A stretch of DNA of 64,000 bases from Gracilinanus agilis. Its lineage: Eukaryota. Position numbers and translations under genes: made by a program. This document shows positions 37,311-50,166 of the stretch, one piece after another (the stretch's first letter is position 1; each line of letters opens with the position of its first letter). Under the pieces are notes generated by a model that saw nothing but the letters and a program-made list of their open reading frames with translations, was not told the DNA's origin and did not search any database. Where the stretch lies: contig NC_058132.1 in the NCBI RefSeq assembly GCF_016433145.1, forward strand, positions 82,631,194 to 82,695,193. Direction: 5' to 3'.

Positions 37311-40300
37311 CTCTGCCTCATTTAATATTAATTCTCAGAAGGTTGATATTCTCTGTTGCATTTATGGTAGAATCTTGTTTGATCTTAATATGTGTGGAAG
37401 AGGGCCTTTGACTTCATTTTGCTCTATGGCATTGTGTAATTAGAATTTGCTCCGTAGGACTCTCTTTCCCAGCATCCCATTTATGTATCTACATTGTGTA
37501 CTAACATAGGGAAGATATAAGTTTTGTTTAGCTCCTCCCTCTCTCCCTCTTTTCCCAGGAACACAGTTTGTGGAGGTTGGGGGAGAGCCAGGCAGGAGAA
37601 GTTTATTCACATGGTCTTACTTAAGTTTTGTACTTTGTTCTTTTATTTCTTGTACTTCAAGTGATTACTAATAAATATCATAAAATATAATACTTAGAGT
37701 TATTAGATATTAATTTAAATCTAATTGCATCAAATGCTTTTTTTTGGTCATATAAATATATTCTGTACAAATTCAAAGTAAAATATAGAAGATAGATTCT
37801 GTATAGATGAAGTTCCCTAGGTTTTCCTGTTTATGAATAACATTATGCTTTTTACATTGAGTCCTAGAACACTGACTGTCTTCTCATTGAGATCCAGTTA
37901 CTCAAAAGATTGTCTAACAGCCCACATAGAAAGAATCAAATAGATAAAGAATGCTCATTTTCTCTAGGCTTGCATTTGAATGGACAGACCATCGACCTAA
38001 TCCATCAACATACTATCTTGGACAGGCATTGGAGATTAATCATGAGTTGGCCCCAAAATTTAACAGGTGGAGGAGATATGGTAGCATCACATTTTGGAAA
38101 TGGGACAATGTCTTGTCTGAGCTTCTCTTTTTGCAAAAATCTGTCTTTTAAAATCCTTATTCTCCTGGTTATGCTATCTGATTTGTGAAATCATAGAACA
38201 TAATCATCTTTAAGGGATTAGAATTCCTGGGGAACCAAAAGAGAATGGAAGCACCCATGTTAATAAATATAAGTAGGCATATTAAAAGATATTATCAAGG
38301 TTAACAATTGAGATAGAACTTTAATGGAGGAATGATGGAAAGGCCTAGACCAGAATTGCAAAGGATGCAAAGGAATGGGGAAATAGTGTTCTGCATTGGT
38401 GTAGATAGCACCCACATTGGTGATTTCATGAATTATCATCATCATTTCATTATTCCTTGTAATACTCTCATTACCTTACATGTTGATCCTTGGCAGTCTG
38501 TATGTAATTTAAAACAGTGAGTATCCTATATTACAGTGGGTGCCCAATAAATATTAAGTTGAAAACAGGAGTTCTCACCAAACATAACTTAATGTTATTC
38601 TAAGACCATTAACAGAACAACTCAAAAAACCTCTAAAGCTATATAACACCTGGTATCTATTTTCTGCACTTTTGTAATCTTTGGATTATATTTATCTATA
38701 CATTTATTCCCAGGACTGGCCTATATACTCTTTGATTACAAGGATTGGGATTAATCTTTTTATCCACTGAACTCTAGCATAAAGCCTCACAGAGAATAGA
38801 GGCTTAAAAATATTGAACTGAAAAAACTTTAACATAGCACACCAATGTTTTGATCCAGGATTTGGGCAGTGAGTTTCCAAAGCCTTCTCTTCCATTGGCA
38901 TTGCTGATGAATATGAATAGCCCTCTCATTGACTACATTTTGAGGAAGCAAATTGGTTGGCCTCTTCCCAGTGAAACCCAGAAGTCCTGTGTGTAGAGCA
39001 GTTGCCACAGCTGTGGTGGCTGCTGACACTCTTCTAGTGCTTTTCTTTTCCAGTAAGATTGTTTCTTTCAAAAACATCCTGCTGTACAGGCTAAGTCTTT
39101 TCTCCTGCCTCTATAGCTTTGCTTTCTAAAGTATAGAAAGGGCATTCCATTGAAGGAGTGTAGGCATATTCATTCTCTGTTTTTGGAGGAGTGCCTCTCT
39201 GCTGACAGCATTCTCTAGTGCCTTTCACTCATAAGGGGGTGGGAGAGACAACTAAACAAGGAGAATCTAAGCTCATCACATGCAGCAGTGCAATCTCCTA
39301 TTCATATTTTTTTAGTTTAATCATTTGCTTCAAATTAGCCTTTAAATGTTTTACAGACCTGCTGGCTTGGTTGTTTCTGAGCAGGTGACTTTATGGTAGA
39401 GGAGCTCTTTCCAGCAGTATACTAGTGTTTAATTTAACACTCCCTTTTATAACTTGGGTATAAAAACTAGTTTTGGGTTACAACTTAACAGATGGGGTCT
39501 TTTGGAGCTTGATAATGATAATAGTTAATGTGAAAATTTTATTTAATGACATAACTGAGCAGTAGAATGTTAGATACATGGGGCTTCTTTTGGGATATCT
39601 GCTGGACTCAAGGGAGTGCAACTCAAAGGAGTGAATATAAATGTTTTTAAACAATTTTTTTTCCTTACGACTTAGAGGATAGAGGTTTGAGAGGTTCTAA
39701 ATGATTTCTCAAATATTTTCCCTTCTAATGTTCTATGTTTTAAGTCATTATTGTTTATTTTCTCCATCACCACTAGCATTTTTGGAAAAAACATTTTCCA
39801 CAACTCCTTTGCCCAGAAAGTGAAATGAAATGACTCCCTGGTGATACAGTGACCTTTTCTGTAAAGTAGAGGGTATAGCTTGTCCTGGAGAGCCTTGAAA
39901 GACATGAGTGAACAGAAGAATCCCAGAAGACTCATTACCACCATGTGAATGGGAAAGTGAATAGGAACAAAGAAGAAAAGAAACCTGATAAGAGATTTAG
40001 AGAGAGTGTCAGAAAAGTTTTTACCTTTACTTTGCAAATTATTGTGACGTTTTATGCATTCAAAAATTCATTTATTTCAGTGCTAATGGTTGCCAAACCA
40101 GTTCAATGCATTGTCTTGATGTTTTAATATTAAATACATAATCATTTTTTTAAAAGAAAGAAAAATAAGTCATGTTTGAGCCAACTGGGAAAGAAGTTGA
40201 AGTTTGGAAAAAGGTTCGATTTAGAAATTTAATCAATTAAAAGCATTTATTAACTTCATACTATGTGCCAAGCACTGTGTAAAGATGGTGCTACTTTAGT

Positions 40301-40399
40301 TAAGAATATCTCAGTTAATAGGATACTAGATTAGAAGCCAAAATACTAGTTCTAGTCCTTACCACTTCTAATTAATTTCCCACTTCTACTCTGTATAAC

Positions 40400-41960
40400 T
40401 GTGATCAAATGTGCTAAATGGCATAAATAATACTCTCTTTTAAACCCTCTGAATTCTTGCTTCTAATCTCATCATTCAACTGAAAGTGCTCTCTTCCTAC
40501 TTAGCAATGATCTCTTAATTGCCAAATCTAATAGTCTCTTCTTAGCTCTCATCCTTGGGACCTTTCTGTAGCATTTGATACTATTGATCATCTCCTGAAT
40601 ATTCCCAGTTATCTAAATTTTTGTAACATTCTTCTTTCTTGCTTTTCTTTCTACTTGTCTGACAGTTCCTTCTTCCTCTCTTGCAGGATCTTTATCTATG
40701 TCATGCCCAGTAATTATTGGGTGTGCCCTGAGACTCTATTGTAAGGCTCTCTTTTCTTTTCCCTCTATTCTTTCTTCCTTTCTCTTATCAGCTCCCATGA
40801 GTTGAATTATCATCTCTATGCAAATAATTCCCATGTTTTTGTATGTAGCCCTAGACTCTACTGACTGAGCACTAGCTTCATATTACTGCCCATTGAACAT
40901 TTTAAACTGAATATTCCTTGAACATCTCATTCACCATGTCAAAAATAGAATTTGTCTTTTCTGTCAAACTCTGCCACATAAACTCCTCTATTACTTTTAA
41001 AGGCACTACCATCTTTTCTGTAGCTAGATGGCAAAGTGGATAGAGTGCTGGGTATGAAGTCAGGTTTATCTTCCTGAGTTCAAATCCAGCCTTAGCACTT
41101 ATTGGTTGCATGACTTGGGCAAGTCATTTACCCTTTTCATTTTCCTAATTGGTAAAATAAACTGGAGAAAGAATTAATCTTTACCAAGAAAACCCCAAAA
41201 GGGGTCACAAATTGTTGAGCAGGACTGAAATGACTAATATCATCAAAAGCCACCATCTTTCTAGCTCCCCAGGCTTGCTACCTCAGTATCATTCTTGTCT
41301 TTTCATTCTAATTCACCAAATTTTTACAGTCAGTTGTCAAATCTTCTTTCTTTCTTTTTTTTTTTTGCTTCTTTCCTCTTTACTCACACAGCCACCCCCC
41401 TCCTTCAGGTCCTCTTCCCTCTTACCTGAACTATTGCAGTAAGTAGTCTCCTAAATTGGCATTCCTTCATGAAGTCTCTCCTCTCCAGTCCTTTTGCCAC
41501 TTCCAAAACAGAGTTCTTAATTTTTTTTGTCATGAACCCATTTGATATTTGATAGTCTCATTAAATCTATGAGCTCCTTTTCAAAACAATGTTTTATTTA
41601 ATCATTCATAATGAAAGGAAATGCCAAAAATCATTAGAAGTTAGTCAAAATTAAGATGTAATCTTTCTGCCAACCAAGTTCATTTATTCTCTGTGAATTT
41701 TTGTTTTAACCTTTAGCATTTAAAATTCTTCACAAATTGGTCCTTTCTTTCCAGTCTTCTTACACGTTATTCCCCTCCATACCCTTGGCTGGGATGTACT
41801 CTCTCCTTACTTCTGCTGTTCAGAGGCCCTGGCTTCCTTCAAGACTCGGCTGGAGTGCCACTTTTGAGAAGAGACCTTTCTCAGTCCTCCCAACATCTAG
41901 TACCTTCCTTCCCCTCTAAGGCTTCTTTAAATCTACTCTAAACGTATCTGGTATATGCCT
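40400..41960 (+). mobile_element. L2 LINE body with nested Mar1 (about 41015-41232) and a hAT-Charlie-like fragment (about 41508-41700)
   Basis: Pyrimidine-rich L2 motifs; Mar1 head agctagatggcaaagtggatagag and tail aagaaaaccccaaaaggggtcac. Confidence 0.6.
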
Positions 41961-43169
41961 GTTTAGGCATCAGTGTCTCATTAGAATGGACGCTCCTTGT
42001 GGGCAGATGCTATTCCCATTTTTCTTGCTAACTGTAGCACTTGGCACAGTGCCTGGCAAATGGCAAGTGCTTAATAAAGGCTTACTGGTTAAGTGCCTTC
42101 TGTATGCCAAACATTATACTAGGGATTGGGAATACAGAGATAAAAATGAAAGAGAACCTGCCTTTAAGAAGCTTATATTTTGTTGAGGAAAATGTGTTAC
42201 ATAGAAATGTGTACAAAATCATATCAGCCCTGCATACCTCACAGAATTTTTCTGAAGAGCAGACAAAACAAATGTGTGGTAGCTGAGTGTAGTAGTTGGA
42301 AGAACAGACTTAGAGTTAGGAGGAATCTAGGTTTTCATTCTGGCACTCCAAGGAAGTCACCTGTAAAATTGAGGTTAATATTTGTAGTACCTACTTCACA
42401 GGATTCTTGTGAATCACACATGCAATAACATGTGTTAAGTATGTAATAAAATTTAAATTGCTTTATAAATGTCAACTATTATTATAACTACCTAATAAAC
42501 CATGTATCCTAGAAGTCTCAGGGCAGTTTTCATTTTAAAAATTTTCAGTTGCACTAAGACTTTTGGGACAATGTTACTTAGTGTTTAAATGAGTGGATAT
42601 TCATTGAATATTGCATTTAAGTATTACCTTTTCCCTTTACTCTTTTATCACACTCATTAATGAGCATTTCTGGGTTTTCCTTTTCCTAAATAAGCAGGAG
42701 GCTTTTTCTCCTCTACCCTTCCTTTTTTCCAATCCAAAGAAATGAATTAATACATTTAAATTTACCTTCTTAATCTGATGCAAAAGGCTGAAAGCCAAGA
42801 ATTTCAAGATAAATTTTTCTGTTTTATTTTTAAATCATTTCACTATTGCTTGAATTAAGGCCAATTATTGGTATTGAGTTTGGAATTTCTTCTAGACTCT
42901 TTTGGGGGGGAAAAAAGCAGAATTGGATTTCAAAATCCTTTGAGATCCTTTTTTTTTTCCCCCTGGGAGACCATTGATCTTCAGTAGCAACTTCTCCACA
43001 GGGATAGCTGTGGTCCAGCAGTGAACAAAGTAAACTCAAATGTAAATGAAAGCAGAAGAATCAGGGTGATAGATAACTTTTTTCTATAACTTCCATTACA
43101 TATATTCATATACTTCACACATATAAATATGAAGTATACAAAGAAGACTAGCACCTGGCTATTTTCAGG

Positions 43170-43830
43170 ACTGCTCATCTACTTCTGGTGTCTTTTGGTG
43201 TCTCATCCACCTTTGGTGTCTACCTGGTACTCGCCCAACTCTTACCTATAGCTCCAAGAAGCTGTAGCGTGCGCAGCAGCTGCACCTCAGTAAAACTATC
43301 TCAGCAAATGGACTAAACCAGATTAAGGGTAACTAACAGGCCTTAAACCTGTCAGTTAATTAGGGGAATGCCTACCCCAAGCATGTGAAGACTTTCCCCT
43401 GGCAGAATGGGCAATGAATAGTTTGTACCAATGGCCATAAAGGAGGCAGAAGGCAAGTGCTGTGGAGCACTTAGAGCTTGGTCAGACAGAAAAGAGGCCA
43501 AGATCATCTACTGCCCTTGGGCCATCATCAGTTGTTCTGATTTTTGTCTTATCCCTAGACTAAAATGGCTCTGGAAGAGAAAATGAGGCTGACTACTTTG
43601 CACGTCTCTGCCTCACTTAAATCCAATTCACACATGAGTCAAGATGTCTCCCCATGAGGTCTTTGGTTTTATTTATTAAAAAAATTTTTAAACCCCTACC
43701 TTCCGTCTTAGAATCAATTCTGTGTATCGGTTACAAGTCAGAACAGTAAGAGCTAAGCAATGGAGGTTAAGTGACTTGCCCAAGATCACATATCTATGTT
43801 ATCTTTGGTCCTCTTCAAACAAATAAAGAA
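43170..43830 (+). mobile_element. RTE-clade-related retroposon remnant with a truncated minus-strand SINE1 inserted (about 43668-43790)
   Basis: Ends ...ctctgcctcacttaaatccaattcac...tttggtcctcttcaaac, recalled as a marsupial RTE/Mar3-type 3' end; family uncertain. Confidence 0.4.
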
Positions 43831-43835
43831 TAATT

Positions 43836-43895
43836 GTGTGTGTGTGTGTGTGTGTGTGTGTGCACGTGCATGCGTGTATGTGTGTGTGTATGTGT
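43836..43895. repeat. (GT)n microsatellite
   Basis: Direct reading. Confidence 0.95.
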
Positions 43896-44599
43896 GCACA
43901 TACATATTTTTATTTTTTAGCTTTTCTTCTTTTGTGTTACTGTTGTTTTGAAATTTACTCAAATTATCAAAACTTTGCAATTAACTCTCCTAGTGAAAGT
44001 ACTCACTGTTTTCAGTGGTAGGGAAGGTTCTGCCTAATTGACAACTCTTAACTGAACTCTTCATGATAGCATTGTATTTCCTGATCATGTTCAGTCATGT
44101 GTCGGGGAATATCTTATATTCAGTTATGTATCTCTTCTATTGACTCCAAATTCACTGGAATTACATGAACTTATTAAATAGAACTGTAACAGTTGTTCAC
44201 ACTTATGTAGCAAGTTTATGGTTATAATGTGCTTTTGTTTACATTATCTGATTTGATCCTCCCAATAGTCAATCAGATAGTAAACATTTATTAAGCACTT
44301 ACTGTTTGTCAAGAACTCTGATAAGCCCTGGGAATACAAAGGAAAGCAAAAGATTGTCTCTGTTCTCAGGATGCTCTTTGTCTGATGGGGGAGACAATAT
44401 TCAAGCAACTGTATGCAAACAAGCCTTAAAGATAAACTAGAAATGATCAATCGAGAGAAGACATGAGAATTAAGGGGGATTGGGTAGACCTTCCTGTAAA
44501 AGAAGAACCCTATGAAGTAGGTAGTTAAATTGTCTTCATTTTACTGATTTCACAAACACACAGAGGCACACAAATAAGCACAAATATCTAGTATCAAGT

Positions 44600-45510
44600 T
44601 CTCCCCAGAGCTTCATTTCTGCATCATCAGCTGCCTATTTAACATTCCAAATCAGATATCCCAAAGACATCTCAAACTCAACATGTCCAAAACTTAATTC
44701 ATTCTCTTTCTCCCCAAATCTCCTTTCTTCCAAACTTTCCTATATCTTCCAAAGTCCCCAACATTCTTTCAGTCTCCCAGGTTTATAATCAGCATTATCC
44801 AAGAATCTTCATTCTCTCTCAAACCACATATGGCTTATTGCCAAATCTTGCCCCTTTTTGGCCATGTTTTTTATAGCTGATTCCTTTTCCACATTCACAC
44901 GGCTATTACCTTAATTCATATCTTCCTCACCTCTCACCTAGATCATTGAAATAGCCTCCTAATTGAATTCCTTGCCTCAAGTCTCTTCCCTTACAATCCA
45001 TTTTACATAACACTGCCAATCTAATTTTCCTCAAGTATAGATGCGACCATTTAACTCAACTCCAGTGGCTTACTATTTATTCTACAATAAACTATAAACT
45101 CCCCTAATAAGCTTTTAAAGCTCTTACCCTGGCTTTCCTCTTACAGAACTCTGTGATCAAGACAAATCAACCTTTTCTCTGCTCCTTATATCCTCTTAAG
45201 AACCTATTCCTGAGGTTGGAATAGATTCCATCCTTCTCCCTTCTAAGACTCTCTTCCTTTAAGATAAAACTCAATCACTATCCTATGCATGAAGCCTTTC
45301 TTGATTTCCACTGGGAGTGCCTTACCTCCATAACTCCCTTGTATCAGACTTCTTGTTATCAGTTTAGATTTATTCACTTTATTATTATGCTGAATACATT
45401 TTGTTATATACTTGTTTTCACCTCATGAGTAGGTACTGTTTCATTCTTTGTATATCCAGCACTGTGCCTTATACTCAGTAGGTGCTTAATAAATATATAT
45501 TGGTTGGTTG
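44600..45510 (+). mobile_element. L2 LINE 3' portion
   Basis: Ends ccagcactgtgcc...tagtaggtgcttaataaat, the L2 terminus. Confidence 0.75.
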
Positions 45511-46152
45511 ATTAAGAAACCAAGGCTCAGTGAAGTGAGTGACTTGCTCAGTCACATCAGAAAGAAACCACAAAGCAGTTCGGATTTGTATGCAGAGGAT
45601 TAAAAAATAACTGTAACAAGCAGAAAAATTGGCCCTGGACAAAAAAATCATTTCATTCCTTCTAACTTTTAAACAAACAAGTTAATGAAAACACTCAACA
45701 AATGATGTACTTAACCCATGAGGTTTTTAACAAAGCAAGGCACTCAGAGAGCAAAAGCAATGAATAGGAATTATTTTCTTTTCAAAGACCTTCTTTATGT
45801 GATAACTGCCACCTTTTATTTCCAACCTGTGCCTGCTGGGGGCAAATGTGTTGGCCTTTTTGGAAAAGAGGAGGGCATTGGTAAACCCTGACTTTTTCCA
45901 TTCTGCACAGTACATGATTCTTCTTCTTACTGGACTTTTCCTGTCTTACTTTCTGGAAATCCCACTGGCAAAGAACAATAGTATGGAGAGAATGGAGGTA
46001 GGAAGGTGGTACCATCTTTGTATTTGTGACTATATGAATGACCAGTTTATTGAAAGTGAAAAGAAGGGGGTAACTTTGAACATATTTTTTGGGGGACTTG
46101 TACCTGTGAGTTTTTGCTTATGGGATTGATATTATGCTACCTGTTTAATTTT

Positions 46153-46342
46153 TTTTTTAAACCCTTACTTTAAAGTCGATACTGTGTATTGGTTCTAAGG
46201 CAGAAGAGTGGTAAGGGCTAGACAATGGGGATTAAGTAATTTGCCCAGGGCCATACAGCTAGGAAGTGTCTGAGGCTGGATTTGAACCTAGAACCGCATC
46301 CCTAGGCCTAATTCTCAATCTACTGAGCCACCCAGCTGCCCC
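46153..46342 (-). mobile_element. SINE1 with 16-bp TSD
   Basis: CTACCTGTTTAATTTT at 46137-46152 and 46343-46358. Confidence 0.93.
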
Positions 46343-47829
46343 CTACCTGTTTAATTTTAATGTGAAAAATGACTCAGTTTAGAACTTAACCAGCAAACCA
46401 CTGACATTTTATGATTGCTACTAAAAAAAAAAAGGTAGCTTTAATTAGGTACCTACTAGCATAAAGGTGGGGGGGGCCACATTAATTTAGGTTTTACTTC
46501 TTTGGTACCAAATCAAGAGAACACAACACTTCAGAAGTCTAAATGGACATGAGAAAAGTTTGAGGATATTGGACATTTTTGAGAATTACTTGGAGATAGA
46601 ACTATGACCAAATCATGAGACTTTAAGGGAAAGGCTAGCTTCAATGTGTATGAAAATTAGGTGGGAGTGTTACTTGTAAAGACCCCTAAAATCACTGAAC
46701 TATTTTCTAGCAGAGATTTGTTTATACAGAAAGGCTCTTTCAACTGTTCGTTTCTTTCATAGGAGAGACTGATAGAAATAATCACTGTCCTTCCATTACT
46801 ACTCCAATTCTTTCACCACTGGGCAATATGAAGTTCCCTGAACCTTTGCCAGTATTGCTCAAAGATGACAACCACACCCTCCCTTCCTCCTGTTTCATTT
46901 GCCAACCAGCTCTGTTTCCAAGATTGCTTGAAAAATCACACTTGTTATCCAAGATGTAAGAGTGCCAAAGACAACAGCACTGTCACTAAATATTTTCCAA
47001 GTTAAGTGAGGCTTTCTAAAAGGATTTGATGCATTCCCTTCTCAATCAGTCTAGTGTTCTATAGGCTTTTGGATGGCTCTGACACCCTAGTATGTAGAAA
47101 TAAGAAACCTGATCTAAATTCTGCTTCATATTTATTAGGATCTACCTTAGATTTCTTCAGAGAGATACTTAAAGCAGATGCCAAGACCTTGTGGCTTCAT
47201 GGCTTTAGTGTCATGAACCTCCATTTAAAAAAAATATGAGGCCCTAAATAAAAGGACTGAATCTGCCTTCTCTTTGTTTTCTAACCTTTTCATCCTTTCT
47301 CCAGCAACAAAAAAGTACCTGATTTTCCAAAAATGTTGCTCAGCTTGAGGTTCTGCCAGATTGAAACCCTGCTTTGTAGATAATTGTCCTTTTGCTTTTG
47401 AGATTTAATGCCGTTTTGGTTTAGACCCTGGGAGTCTGCCAGACTGATGAGGAGCTGGCCTAAAAGAGTTTTAACCGAGGCTATATTTTTCTGCATTTTA
47501 TATGCATCCATCCCACCTACCCACCAAGTGGCTGCTAGAGCCTGGTATTGATGGTAGCCCTACACACATGCTTCTTTCTCTCATCTGTTCTTGTTTCAGT
47601 TCTAGAATAGTTAAAACTCCTCTCACATGTGTGGTACTGGGTGGTCATAAAGCACATTTGATCCTTCAAACAGCTCTATGGTGTGTGTATGTGGGCAGGT
47701 ATTATTGCCCTTCTTTTGCAGATAGAGCAATGAAATTATTTTCCGAAGGTAACAGTAATATATGGCAGAACTGGACCTCAAGTTTTTTGACTCCAAAACC
47801 AGTGTTCTTTTCACTATATACCAGAAAAA

Positions 47830-48710
47830 AAGGTTAAGTGGAAGTAGGATAATTGTCATAAAATATTTGGAGATCTATCATGTGGAAGAGGGAGAATATT
47901 TGGTTAGTGTTCCAGAGAGCAAAATTTGAATCACTGAGTTAGAGTTTGAAAAATGCATATTTTGGCTGAATATAAAGAACTTTATAACAATTAGAGCTGT
48001 CCAGCAAAGGAATTTGTTACATCATTTAGTAGTGAGCTCACTTTCACTGAAAATATTCAAGTAGAGGCTGCATGACCACTTGTCAGGATAGAGGGAATTC
48101 CTTCATAAAGGACGGTTGATCTAGATCAGTGATGGCAAACCTATGGCATGTGTGCCAAAGATGGCACAGAGTGCTCTCTGTGGGCACTCGGCCTCCCTCC
48201 CTCCCCATCCCTCACCCCCCAGAGTTTGTACTAGAAAGGCAGAGGGGATTTGGGCGGAGCTGCTCCCCTCCTCCTCTCTACTGTGCCTAATAACACTTTT
48301 TCACATATGTACCAGAAAAAAAGGTTAAGTGGAAGTAGGATAATTGTCATAAAATATTTGGAGATCTATCATGTGGAAGATCATCTATCATGTGTCCCGT
48401 CTGCCCAGCAGCCCAATGGGAGCACACAGAGAGTAAGGTGGGCAGCACTCATAGGTGGCAGAACTGGAGGGGAGCAGAGCACTCGGGCCACTCCCCTCCC
48501 TCTCTATATACTCACCGAGGACATTCCTTACTTCACCTGCCCCTCTGCTGAGCAGTCCAATGGGAGCACATTCTCCCTTTTCTGTGTGGTGTAAGGGGGC
48601 AGGGCATACCCAACATGTGGGGATGAGGCCCAGCACTTCAGTTCTAAAAGGTTCACCATCACTGATCTAGATCACTAAGGACCCTTTTAATTTCTAGTAT
48701 TCTGTGAAAT
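47830..48710 (+). mobile_element. L3/CR1 3' end fragment interrupted by the hAT MITE
   Basis: CR1-type terminus (ggttgatctagat[MITE]cactaaggacccttttaatttctagtattctgtga). Confidence 0.65.
48127..48664. mobile_element. Non-autonomous hAT DNA transposon (MITE), hAT1-like termini
   Basis: 16-bp TIRs CAGTGATGGCAAACCT and CAGTGATGGTGAACCT (14/16 identical); perfect 8-bp TSD ATCTAGAT at 48119-48126 and 48665-48672. Confidence 0.95.
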
Positions 48711-49244
48711 AGATTTATTTTAGAATAAACATCTACCCATCTTGGTTTCTTTAAGTGGCATTTTGTTGGTAGTGATTTTCTCATTTTGTTTTATTTCTGT
48801 AATTGTGAACCATATCACCGAACTCTCTTTTTTTCCTTCTTTCCTATAAGTTACACCATGACAGTTATGGTAGCACCTTTCAGCAGAGGTGCCTATAGTA
48901 TATAGTTCCATAGATCTGGGGTGCCAGACTGTTTCAGGATCACGTGGCCTATATGAAGTCTCTGGACAACCTCCATTCAGCATCATAATCAGACAACTTT
49001 TTGTGTTTAGGACATTTAAGATAAATGGAAAAGAAAATACAGCATAAAGGTGCATTGCATTCCTGGCTACCAGGTACAGCATAATGCCATCTACACTGTT
49101 GTACTTTGGGTAATAAAACACTTGGAGGAGTAGCTTACCAGTTGGAAGTAATTCATTAAGATAGGGGTCCAGACTTATGGTTCTGAGAGCTGAGATGACA
49201 TTGTAATGAACACTCAGAACTCACCTAAGCCACCTCCAGACAAG

Positions 49245-49246
<2 letters not shown>

Positions 49247-49287
<41 letters not shown>

Positions 49288-49320
49288 AACACAAACACAA
49301 ACACAAACACAAACACACAA
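49247..49320. repeat. (CA)n followed by (CAAACA)n microsatellite
   Basis: Direct reading. Confidence 0.95.
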
Positions 49321-49364
49321 ACCAAATGCCTCAAAATGAATCCTAGAGCAGCAGAACCAACAAG

Positions 49365-50166
49365 TATAATGGTTAAATTGATGTTTTGACTAAAAAAGAG
49401 TTATATTAAGATAGTCGCCGATTATTATCCCTTAAGTCAGGAAAACTGTTAGCAGCTTTTAACATTTTTGTTTAGTTGGAATATTAGTAAAAAGAGGAAA
49501 ATGTGGAAGGGAAAGAGGTGAGGAGACTGCCTAGCCTACCCTAAATGCTAATCCGGCAAAATGAAGCTCCCTCCCCAACAGAGTTCCAATCTCCTCATGG
49601 GAATCGTAGTCACTTACCAGCAAGCCGAGCGGGATCCAGACAAAAGTCCCAATGCAGAAAAACCCTCGTGAGCTAAGCTCACCAAGGCAGCAAAGAGAAC
49701 CCAGCAAGAAAGTCCCAAACTCCAAGAAGCTCCAAATCCAAAAGTTGAAGTCCTGAAGCCGAAAACTCCAGTTGAAAGGCCCAAAACTCCAAGTCAAAGT
49801 CAAAGTCCAAAAGCCCCAAGGAGTTGTCCTCCAAAGAAGAAGGCCAAAGGAGAAAATCCAAAGAGCAGAGACTCCAAAGAAGAACTCCAAAGGAGAAGCC
49901 TTAAGGAGAATTCCCTTGGACAGGAAGTTCAGGACTTTTTATAGTTCTTTTCCCACATCACTTCCTGTCCCATCCCCACTTTACGGGAACCAATTGAAGT
50001 CTTTCAATTTGCCTAGCATTAGGGGGAAGGGGGGGTGTGGCCTCTGGAGTTGTCACCCACTCTAGCAAGTGACTTGTGAATTCTCATACTTAGTAACTGG
50101 TAAGGTACTAAGTAGGAGTACTTACGTTTTTTATTCATTAACTTAAAAGTCACTGATTGATAGACA
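49365..50166 (-). mobile_element. Solo LTR (ERV-like), antisense to KIAA0319L
   Basis: About 800-bp insert splitting the L1 5' UTR; minus-strand TG start, CCAAT (49990), TATAAAAA (49936-49943) and pyrimidine-rich leader; TSD not confirmed. Confidence 0.55.

Noticed and set aside
49531-50065. Lys/Pro-rich (histone-H1-like) and hydrophobic antisense ORFs
   Set aside because: Products of degenerate CCAAA(G) repeats inside the LTR.
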